A model generated the notes under the pieces. It made no database searches. It saw nothing but the letters and a program-made list of their open reading frames with translations, and was not told where the DNA came from. Source: Phallusia mammillata (lineage: Eukaryota). From it: a DNA stretch of 64,000 nucleotides. The stretch is taken from assembly GCA_965637545.1 (NCBI GenBank), contig OZ281494.1:5332001-5396000 (forward strand), read 5' to 3'. The translations under genes were made by a program, and so were the position numbers. Positions within the stretch are counted from its first letter, which is position 1. The number at the start of each line of letters is the position of its first letter. Positions 49,701-61,227 of this stretch are shown here, in pieces.

Positions 49701-51852
49701 ACAAGATCTTTATTCCAAAGCGTTGAAGCAAAAGTTCGTAAATGAGGAGTAATAATATTGCATTGAAAATCTGGAATCTTTCCGATGCTGCTCCGTCTGC
49801 CGCAGTTTATTTCGTCAAGCTTCGTGATTGGACAATCCACTTTACCGTCACAAACTTGCGACTTGGCAATACAAAGATTCTCAGAGCCGCATTTAACTTG
49901 TCCTTGACTACAGAAGGAGCAGGGTGAGCTTCCAGGGACTCCGTAGCAAACATTGTCACACAGAAATCTTGATGAAGCCGACGCTGGGACATTTTGCGCA
50001 CATAGGCATTCGTCTGTGAGATCGGGGCAGTCGAAGATTCCGTCACACAACTGCTTTGGTGAGATGATGATGTCAGAATACAGACAGCGGTGACAAGTGA
50101 AAGTTCCGTTTATGAAACATAAGTCGGATGAGTCATGACAGTTGGGATATTCGTCCGTCAACGACCATTGTGGAATTACGCAGTATTCAAGGCGATTGTC
50201 AAGCCCTGCGATCTGCTTGTTACATTTAAAACCGGTAACTTGTCGCACATCCTCGGTACTTCCTGGACAATCTGAGTATTCATCACACGAATAGGTTCGG
50301 AGAACGCAAGTGCCAGGATCATTTGGGCAGCGAATCATTCTTGGTTCGCTGCAGCTCTCAATCTCATCGCTACAGTCACCGCAGTGATCCATGCCGTCGC
50401 ACAACAAGGACGTGGGAATGCATCGCTTGCTGTTGTTGCAACGGAACTCACTCTCCACACAAGTGTCATTCTCAGTCCATGGAACTTCGTCACTTCCGTC
50501 CTTGCAGTTTACCAACTTGTTGCCTCGCCACGAGCGTGGAATGCAACGACCGCTGTCGTTGCATTGGAACTCTTTGTTTTGAATGCATTCAAGAGCTTGC
50601 TTCTCATCAGAACCATTGGGACAATCGTTATATCCATCTAATACTCGATATCTTGCCAAGCATCTCCCATTTGACTCACATCGAAACTCAGTGTCATTGT
50701 GACAACTTGTCAACTTTTCAACTTCATCTCTTCCATTGGTGCAGTCATTTACGCCGTCCAGAACCCATTCTCTTGGAATGCATTGCAAAGGAACTGTGTT
50801 ATTTTGGGAACAGGCAAATTCTGAGATATCGCACGAGGCGAAACTCGCTTCTTCGTCACTTCCGTCCTTTACCACCATCGTGTCACAATCTCGCTTTCCG
50901 TTTTGCACCAGCCAACGCGGAATGCAAATCCTGCTTCGTTTGCATGTGAACTCTGCAATGAAACTAAAGTTTCAAGCTCAGTTTTAAAGCTGCTTTACTA
51001 GTCTATAGTTTACACTAAATCTTATCGCCTTCATAGAATGCTTAATGTATGAGACCTGGTTCAGCAAACAAAAAATTCCCTATAACAGATTTTGTAAGAC
51101 ACCGTTTATGCACAAGTCCAAGTTTTTTTGTTTTTTTCAGAAATCTCCCTACTAATACTGAATTTTATTTTTACGTTTTTCCAGGGTTTCCCCCTTTATC
51201 CCAAGACAACTTTCGTCTCCTCGAAAAAACACCAAATTTTTCTGCTTCCGCCCACCTGATTTATCCCTACACGGAAGAACCAAACTCTCATTGAGTTTAC
51301 AGCTTCGTTTTGTGTTGATTAGGTGACGAGGTACACACTTTTGTGAAAAGCGGCACACAAATTCATCGTCATCACATTTAAGAGGATCTGTGGACGGACA
51401 GTGATAATGATTAACATGATATGTTTAGTTTCCTGAAATAGTGCTTTTCAAAAAAAAGCCAAAGATTTGTTGAGCAGTTTAAGATAAGGATTAAGTCATT
51501 TCGACCAAAGACTTACATTTAGGTTGCAAGGTTAATAAAGTTTTCTGACAATTGTATTGCAATTGCGAAGATGGAACTATTGTCAAATTCGGTAATCGTT
51601 TGTCTTTGTGCAATAAATTATTTTGGTCAGAAAAAATCTATTGTGAAATGTTACAAAGCTTGTTCATATTTGTAAAGGGCTATTTATCAAGCAAAGTAAC
51701 TTGCGAACCTGAAAACTCATCTGTTTTATCGTATCCTCCGCATTCAACTTCATAGTTGTGAACCTTGTACCTCGGTATACATCTTTTGGATTGAACACAA
51801 CGATGGTACCCGTCCTCTTCACGGCAAGGTGATGTTCCTGGTGCTCCATGAA
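46793..51852 (-). pseudogene. LDLa-GPCR F: ectodomain exons intact, 7TM disrupted (frameshift at TM1, new stop at 47866); pseudogene or 7TM-less protein of at least 716 aa
   Basis: Exons 51709-51852, 51256-51387, 49671-50952, 49355-49457, 48605-48797 and terminal exon from 48161. 7-bp deletion at ~47906; further 35-bp (~47695) and 19-bp (~47187) deletions relative to G. Confidence 0.8.
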
Positions 51853-53359
51853 CTGCACGATAAAACATGGTTTAGTTGTGCTTTTTCAAGTATGCATGTT
51901 TTATATACCAGAGTGTTCAATGCCTCTTTTGGTTAATTTGACTAAGTCAGATTGAAAGGGTTCGAGTAATAATACTCGCCTTTAAAACGCTTTTAAACTT
52001 TTAACTTAAAACAATTGTCACGAGCCACGATTCAATTTAAAATTAAAACATTTAAGATTTATATTTTGATATTATAAATCATTTTGAACAGATTTTTTAA
52101 CTATGTAGACATGAAAACGTAAATAAATCCGTTGTCTTTTTTTGTTTTTACCCAATAGTTAAGGTTACAGGACTGGAGTACAATTAAAATGTAGTTGACG
52201 GGCCTAGATTGCACTTACATTTAATGCAATGGCGTATTTCCAAAACACTTTATTTAACCCACAACGGACGAACTAAACTGCATACCACGGCCAATGAAAA
52301 TTTATTCCATTGGTGTGCCATGGTAGCTAAAAACACGGTTCATATGCCGTTTACGTTTTTCGAGTATTCTCGATTCAACTGGACAAAGAGTGAAAATTTA
52401 AATTTTGCTCAAGTACTTTTTGTTTGCTATCAGTTTTTGCACATATTGTGTGTTGACTGAAGTTTAAGGCAGCTGGTATTCAAAACGCTTTGTTAAACTC
52501 CTGTTTAACTTTACGGCATCCGGTTAAAGGCTATTCATCATACTACTAACACAACCGAATTGGCTCAAGCATTATCCCCGGGTGATTTTCTGTCGGTATT
52601 GTTTCTGCTCATTTTTCACGTACTGTTTTTTTTGTTACACTTAGCGGTTATGTTCCACCAGGGGTCGGCAACTTGCCGAACGCCGCGTGCCAAATCGTAC
52701 GTTATTTTACTACGTAATAATTGTCGTTCTAACTTTTTGCACGAAATATATTGCATTATTGTGCCAGCTGATTTAAATATCAATATATCAATAAAACGGA
52801 GGTACAATCAGGCGTGTATTAAGATCAAAGAGCCGGAAACATACTAATTTACATTACATTAATATGAAGTTCAACTTGAATTAACACTTCGTTTATTATG
52901 CTATGGACTTGTTTGACACAAAGTTATGCAATAATTAAGATAGTAATAAACTTGCATAGAAATCCATAACAGGGCTTTTTGGAATAATCATTTACCACGA
53001 ATAAAATTCTTGTAAACGAAACTTAGTAATGGTTACGTTACATTTAACAATTATATCCCCAAAATTAAATTTAAAGTGGGAATTTTAATCTCATGCAGCT
53101 TATAAAATAAACCACTTTTAGGAAACATACAGCTAATCCAACATGTTTAGTTAAAATCATTTGCACTTACTTTGCCTATGACAAATCCACAGAAGAAAAA
53201 ACAATATTCCAATTTTAGTCATAGTCTTTACAACAGAACTATAAGTGTTCCTTGTTTATGGAGAAATAAACAAGAAATTCTGAAGTAACTTCTGATAACC
53301 GCTTCCTAATTAATTTTTTTTTATTTTGATGGCTGTGTTAAATTTTTGTAGTCCTATTT

Positions 53360-53817
53360 TAGGTTACCATTTTTGATGATACAAATCCCTGAAAATTTAT
53401 CTGAGTTGTGCAAACCTTTTTCGTCAGCAGTGAAAGCCAATGAAACTTTCCACGTAGCATTGAATGCTGTGTTTTCTTAAAACACAGATTTTTATTTTTG
53501 CATTCACTTTCTATTGTTAGGAAACTAGTAACAAACAGGTAGAGTTACGCCCACACACACATTGCAAAACGAAACAGTAACCTTGCGCGTTAACCTGCGC
53601 GCCGCCAGTTCACCTCTTCACGTCAAACGGTTAAGACGCTGTTGTAGTAAACTACTGTAAACCTTCTCCGTTGGTACAGTTATTTAACAAAATAAATACA
53701 ATACATGTATTTTCTTAAATGCCGGACTTTTAAGTACATTTTGACGTTTCTCCCTGACGCAGATTAACACCAAATTCCCTGACATGTCAAAAGAAATCAT
53801 GACGTATGAAAACCCTA
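53360..53817. mobile_element. hAT-type MITE, copy 2 (co-duplicated with its flank)
   Basis: Nearly identical to 44190-44648 and at the same relative position. Confidence 0.6.
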
Positions 53818-54321
53818 TTCTATTGTTAATTGTTGTTGCTTCTGTTTATAAATTTTTGCTTCTATTCTTCTAAAGCGAACAATAGAAAACGTCTCCGCAT
53901 AGCTTTCTATTTTCCACATAACTCTAATTCCGTAGTAAATTTAACAGTGAATCTCTGGATCTAATTTTGAATCAAAAGCAAAATTATGGTCAAAGTTACA
54001 AACAAAGTCTAAACCAAAATATCAAAACATAACACGTAGAGATGCAACTTCCGCGGATGCGTGAAACGTGATCTTACGTCATTGATGACGTGTTCATCAC
54101 CAGGTTTGAGATAAACAACTTCATAGGTTTTCTTGACTGTTGAACGCTTGTCATAACACGACATCTAAAATCAAAATAGCACTTGTTTTTGCCTCTTTTT
54201 CGCACAAGCTATGATTAAACTGTAAGTTCAGTGTCATAGCATTCTTAACGTATCAAGTGGTTTTCTTTACCTTGTGTGAAAGTATAGACTAAACCGTCTT
54301 TACTTTCACCGTGAATTCATG

Positions 54322-54950
54322 AAGATAGACTGAAACGACGGGATCTTGTACCACGATCTGTAAACCTCTAACACCTTTTCCGGTGCTTTCTCAAATTTGT
54401 CAACTACGAAACCAACCCAAAAGTTATTGAAAAGAGAATAAATACGCAGGTTTACAGAATGTATTTGGTAGTACAGAATGCCAAACAACGGATGAATGTC
54501 TTAAGGACCAAATCTTCATGTTAAAATTCGCTTGTCATGTTCACGTTAAACAAGACTTTCAAACAGACCGGTGATCCATCAGAACTTGTATGCTCTTGAA
54601 TTTTCATGTACGGGATCACGGTGCTTGGATGAATCGATGTGTGGTTCGCAATCTGCCAGAAGGAACTGATTGAGTCAATGAAATGGTAAATTGCCCGCAT
54701 CTTCCTCAGCTATTAAGAAAGAACCTTGTAAGAGCAAACACATTATATGTAGGAGATCTCTTATAATGACTCTGCCTTCTATTGAATTCCAGTAGCTGAG
54801 TTGACCCGTCAAGTTTATAAGTGAAAATGTTGTGTACGTCTGGGATTAGTGCGAATTCCATTTCAGCAGTAACATTTGGATTTCGCATTGGTTGGGTCAC
54901 GTTGGACTGAATAAATCCAGCCAACAAGTCGGAAATGATGGTTTTGAATT
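54322..54950 (-). pseudogene. Second adhesion-GPCR remnant (GAIN-region exon with frameshift, 5' half of GPS exon)
   Basis: Translates IPDVHNIFTYKLDGSTQLLEF (B: IPDVNHIFTSEADGSTQLLEF) and EKAPEKVLEVYRSWYKIPSFQ (B: EEAPEKLFDVYRSWYKISSLQ). Truncated at ~54322. Confidence 0.8.
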
Positions 54951-56273
54951 CTGAAACACAAGTTTTCATACATAGCAGATTTCAGGCTGTGCGTAATCAT
55001 AATACTAAAAGTTAAGACAAACGGAATATCTTTCGAGTTAAAACCCTTTCAGAAAATATCAATAACGAATGTGATATATATATATATATACACGTTCAAT
55101 AGAACTTATGCTTTCCTATCCTCACTTCTTCCCCAACTCGAATGTTCTAAATTGTCTTCAGTTAAAAACTGGCGAACAAAGAGACTATTTTCCCATGGGA
55201 GTAACAAATAATAATTTTCATCCTAAACAGGGCGTAATGGGCGTAAAACAATTCCGCTTCTTGTTTTGTGCATTGGTTGCTCCTGCTACGTTATTCTCCA
55301 CCTTCTGAATTAAAATAGTTCAATATGTTACTTTTAACATAGTAATATAGTTTTACCCCGGTTCCATTTGTACTACCAACGCCACTATGGGCAGAGCATT
55401 GACACATGCATCGACAAACAGCTTTTTTTATAATATTGCAAAGTCTCAACGAATTCTTCCTAAATCCTGCATGTCTTAAAAAGTAATTATTGGCCTATTT
55501 GGTGTCTAATCATTGGTTCACCTTTGTTATTAAAAATATTGTCTAGTTTGTACCTACAATGCTCAAGTTTGTCAAGATAAAAATAGTATCGTTTACCATT
55601 TTAAAGAACTAAAAAAAACTTTTACAGCATCTCATGTAAAGCCATCTCTTTGCTTAAAAGATTTTATTCTGCATCGTTAAAACTGTATATTATTAAGGCG
55701 CTTTATACACAACATGCATATAAAACACAGTAAGACGCAAGACGGTTGCTGTGCAGAAGGATTACAGTTTTTCGAAATTTCGATTGTATGGTATACCGGG
55801 AAAAAACAAGTTCCACAATTTGCCTGGGAGAAGCAACAATCGGAAGAAAAAGTACGTTAAACGAAATCTTGGCTGGTTGTCACTGCACTACCAACTAAGC
55901 TTAGTAACAGCCTAATCAACTTAATAAACATGTTTAAGAGATATTTCATTGTGCAAAATTGAAGCGCTATTAAGTTTGTTTAAAAACGGAAGAAAAAATA
56001 GAAATTGAAGTTAACACAAGTTAAATTCACAGAATAACTTTTTTTTGGTTTTTAATACTTACTTATTTCCATTTTGTCGTTCTTTAGCACGACTAAAGTG
56101 GTTTATAAAATAAAATAAAATAAAAAACAATGAAAAAAGTTATGAACTTATCATACTAATTAGCGGGCACAAATAACAGGCTCATAAACAAAAATTGGCG
56201 CCACCAAAACTATTAGATGTAGGACCGTTTATTCTGCTTTGAAACAGCTACGATATAAATAGCTGACCAACTC

Positions 56274-59200
56274 TCAGACCTTTGTGGTTTTCGAGTTTCC
56301 TGTAACATGCGGTTGGCCTTCGCTAGAAGCAACTAAATTTGACTTCTTTCTTGTAGGCAAACTGGCACGATTTATTAATTTCTTTACATTGAAGTAGATG
56401 GTCTGTGGAAGGTTAGTGTAGATTATCGGGTTAAGTGAGCTGTTGATTGGAAGGAGGACGATCGCTGAAACTGCGTAAGAGTCGGGAGTTAAAATGTGAC
56501 CTGACATGCTCATGAAAGTCATGATGCAAATCGGCAACCAACAACAGAAGTCAGTTGCTATGAGAACTGTGATTTTCTTCTGCATTTTCTTACTATGATG
56601 GTTCTTCGCTTTCACCAACCCTCTATCGCGGGATTTCATGTAAATCATCGCATACGCAGTGGCGATGTACAAAAGTGCGAGGAAGTTGAACGTTATCACA
56701 ATTGATGACATCACATTGACGTTTGATTCCTCTTTGCTAATGCGGAACAGGCGAGGAATGCAAACACTACTGCTGCTGTAATAACCGAAATAATTGTCCC
56801 ACGTGGGCGCCACAGAACTGTGATTTGACCTTAAAAAGTCAGCTAGCTCAACCCAGTCATATGACGTCACCTGTGGTTGAGATTTGTTTACGAGGGCACC
56901 GATACGTAACGCGAACTGCCTGACGTCAGCGAGTGAAACTTCGTCAGTGTGAAAATAAGGACTTGGCGATATTTTAGCGCTTGTGAACACATCGGATAAG
57001 AGGACGCTGGAGAGTGGAAACAAAGCGATGAGGAATGAGATGAGCCAGATGATGCCGATCCACATCATAACGATTCGTGCTCTAACGCTCCGCGAGTTGA
57101 AGGGATTGAAGACGCTGTAGAGTCGATATGAAGTGATACAAACGAGGGTAAGGACCGATGTTTCACTTGAAACTACAGTCAAAACACCAACGGCGTTGCA
57201 CGAATCGCTTGATCTCCATACTTTATCAAACCGACGGTATTTGCCTGAAATCTCAACCGCTTTAATCCCGATCACGAGTAGAACGATCCCCATCAGCAAA
57301 TCCGACACCGCAAGATTAAATATCAATACACGATTTATTAACTCTAACTTGACACGTGTTTTGCCGCTGGTCAACCGATGAAAGTAAAGCGCTGTCTTCA
57401 CCATGACACCCAGGTTCCCAAATATTGCAAAGACAGCCAGACGAGGATCTCAAGGGCTCTGAGTTTTATCATTTGCTCGTAAGATGCAAATGCGGCGTTA
57501 GGAATCTCGTCCGAGGAATCGCTGCAGTCAGAAACACCGTCGAGGACTTTGGTCGTTGGAACAAAGAGGGGTTCCTTGTTGCCGCAGTAGAAGTGTGATG
57601 TAGTCGAGCAGTCCACTTCATCAATCGAGTTCACACAGTCGGACACGAGGTCGCAGGTTTTTTCCATGGGAATGCTGATGCGATCTCGAAAACCTGCGTG
57701 TATAAATAAATGAAAACGAAGCCATAAGAGAATACTACGTCAACATCCTGTTACTATGGTATGAAAAATGAAATACAAAATTCACTACGGGAAACTACGT
57801 AATTATGACTTTGTTCGTTATTTTGAACATAAAAGTTAAACTAAAACTATATTATATTACAAAACTATTATTTAACACCTTTAAACGATCTATGATTGAC
57901 AGCTGTTACCTTGAATTACTGTGTTGACTTTGCCAGCCGAGCATTTGAACTGGTTGGTACAATTTGCTTCGTCATATTTTTCTTCACATTCATCAATTCC
58001 GTTGCAGACCGATTTGCCGAGGACAATACCAAACAACTGACTGCATTTTCTTACGCTCATCTGAATTGCTTGACCTTCAAGCAAACTGCCCGGTAAAGCA
58101 ATCTAAAAAATGTAACGTTATTAAAAAAAAACTACACGCACCAGGTCTGCAAGTCGAGCTTTGTTGAATGAATCACACTACCCCAGTCCCATTGAAGGCG
58201 CCATACCGAATCAGTCGGTCACCAAGCATTCACCAACATATGGGAAGGCGTAGACTAGAAAAGGATTCGTATCCTTCTGGGACTTGAGTGTGTTGTGATC
58301 GGTGGTCTGCATAGACGCTTTTGGGCTGATCCCAGAATTGAATTTATGTTTGTCTAGACTTTGTTGAATCAAGCCACTGTTTTAGGCGTTTAACCGATGA
58401 CTTGCCGCTGTATAAGACCTTCGTGATTCGACGTCAGCCATTATCTTTTTCGATGCGTATGGGACTCCATCACATCAGTTGTTTATAATAAAATTGTTAG
58501 ATCAGCAATACTCGTTTACACATGATGCCTATCCGCAACAGCCAATTTATAGATTATCATCTTGCATATATTCGCAGTTAACTTTCAGTTCAATGCAGGA
58601 CCTACGTTTCAGGCTAATGCAACTATTCGGTGACACAGCAATAGTTAAACCGTTTCAAAAACGACAGCGCAACTTATATCAGAGACGTTGGTGTCGGTAG
58701 TGACAATTTTAAGATTTTTTTAACTTACGTTATCAATTTTAATTTGGTCGCACACTGGAAGTCGGTTGCTGCAGTTTGCTCTTTCGCTGCATTCGTCCTC
58801 AAACACAGAACATTCCACGATACCATCACACCTGTAAAGTACAAACACACAAACTTTTTTCATTAGCATTTTTGTTTGGTTGTGGCAGGTTTATAAATTC
58901 TTGGTAATGGTTTATTCATAAAGAGTTATCAAGGCAGAAACATTTCGTGCAGTTAGATGCAAAATTTAAAGTTTGTTTCACCAAAGTTGCCGTTCAAATC
59001 ATTTTCTTGTCTAATGTTTTTTCTCATTTGCTTTTTTAACCTACTTTTTGGCTTCGACTGGAAGCAACGAGTCAACAAGATCTTTATTCATAAACTTTAA
59101 AGCAATAGTTCGTATTTCTAAAGTAATAATGTTGCATTGGAAATCTGGAATCTTTCTGTTGCTGCTCTGAGTGGTGTGTCTGCCACAGTTTAGTTCGTCA

Positions 59201-61227
59201 AGCTTCGTGCTTGGACAATCCACTTTTCCGTCACAAACTTGCGACTTGGCAATACAAAGATTCTCAGAACCACATTTAATTTGTCCTTCACTACAATAAG
59301 AGCAAGGTGAGCTTCCAGGGACTCCGTAGAAAATATTATCACACAGATATCTTGACGGAGCCGACGCTGGGACACTTTGCGCGCAAAGGCATTCGTCTGT
59401 GAGATCGGGGCAGTCGAAGATTCCGTCACACAACTGCTTAGGTGAGATGATGGTGTCAGAATACAGACAGCGGTGACAAGTGAAAGTTCCGTTTACGAAA
59501 CATAAGTCGGATGAGTCATGGCAGTTTGGATATTCGTCTGTTAACGACCATTGTGGAATTACGCAGTATTCGAGGCGATTGTCAAGCCCTGCGATCAGTT
59601 TGTTACATTTAAAACCTGTAACTTGTTGCACGTCCTCGGTACTTCCGGGACAATCTGAATATTCATCACACGAGTAAGTCCGGTGAACGCAAGTGCCAGG
59701 ATCATTTAAACAACGAATCATCCTCGGCTCGTTACAGCTCTCAATCTCATCGCTACAGTCACCGCAGTGATCCATGCCGTCGCACAACAAGGACGTGGGA
59801 ATGCATCGCTTGCTGTTGTTGCAACGGAACTCACTCTCCACACAAGTGTCGTTATCAGTCCATGGAACTTCGTCACTTCCGTCCTTGCAGTTTACCAACG
59901 TGTTGCCTCGCCACGAACGAGGAATACAACGACCGTTGTCGTTGCATTGGAACTCTTTGTTTTGAATGCATTCAAGAGCTTGCTTCTCATCAGAAGCATT
60001 GGGGCAATCGTTATATCCGTCTAATACTCGATATCTTGCCAAGCATCTCCCATTTGACTCACATCGAAACTCAGTGTCATTGTGACAACTTGTCAACTTT
60101 TTAACTTCATCTCTTCCATTGGTGCAGTCATTCACGCCGTCCAGAACCCATTCTCTTGGAATGCATTGCAAGGGAACTGTGTTATTTTGGGAACAGGAGA
60201 ATTCTGAGATATCGCACGAAGCAAAACTCGCTTCTTCGTCACTTCCGTCCTTTACCACCATCGTGTCACAATCTCGCTTTCCGTTTTGCACCAGTCAACG
60301 CGGAATGCAAATCCTGCTTCGTTTGCATGTGAACTCTGCAATGAAACTAAAGTTTCAAGCTCAGTTTTAAAGCTGCTTTACTAGTCTATAGTTTACACTA
60401 AATCTTATCGCCTTCATAGAATGCTTAATGTATGAGACCTGGTTCAGCAAACAAAAAAATCCCTATAACAGATTTTGTAAGACACCGTTTATGCACAAGT
60501 CCAAGTTTTTTTGTTTTTTCAGAAATCTCCCTACTAATACTGAATTTTATTTTTACGTTTTTCCAGGGTTTCCCCCATAATCCCAAGACAACTTTCGTCT
60601 CCGCAAAAAACACCAAGTTTTCTGCGCCCACCTGATTTATTCCTACACGGAAGAACCAAACTCTCATTGAGTTTACAGCTTCGTTTTGTGTTGATTAGAT
60701 ACCGAGGTACACACTTTTGTGAAAAGCGGCACACAAATTCATCGTCATCACATTTAAGAGGATCTGTGGACGGACAGTGATAATGATTAACATGATATGT
60801 TTAGTTTCCTGAAATAGTGCTTTTCAAAAAAAAGCCAAAGATTTGTTGAGCAGTTTAAGATAAGGATTAAGTCATTTCGACCAAAGACTTACAGTTAGAT
60901 TGCAAGGTTAATAAAGTTTTCTGACAGTTGTATTGCAATTGCGAAGATGGAACTTTTGTCAAATTCGGTAATCGTTTGTCTTTGTGCAATAAATTATTTT
61001 GGTCCGAAAAACCGATTGTGAAACGTTACAAAGCTTGTTCATATTTGTAAAGGGCTATTTATCAAGCAAAGTAACTTGCGAACCTGAAAACTCATCTGTT
61101 TTATCGTGTCCTCGGCATTCAACTTCATAGTTGTGAACCTTGTACCTCGGTATACATCTTCTGGATTGAACACAACGATGGTACCCGTCCTCTTCACGGC
61201 AAGGTGATGTTCCTGGTGCTCCATGAA
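56274..61227 (-). pseudogene. LDLa-GPCR G: ectodomain intact, same TM1 frameshift as F (stop 57398), remaining 376-codon 7TM ORF open; pseudogene or 7TM-less protein of at least 719 aa
   Basis: Exons 61084-61227, 60632-60763, 59045-60335, 58729-58831, 57910-58102 and terminal exon from 57693. 7-bp deletion at ~57438. ORF 56274-57404 is uninterrupted. Confidence 0.8.
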
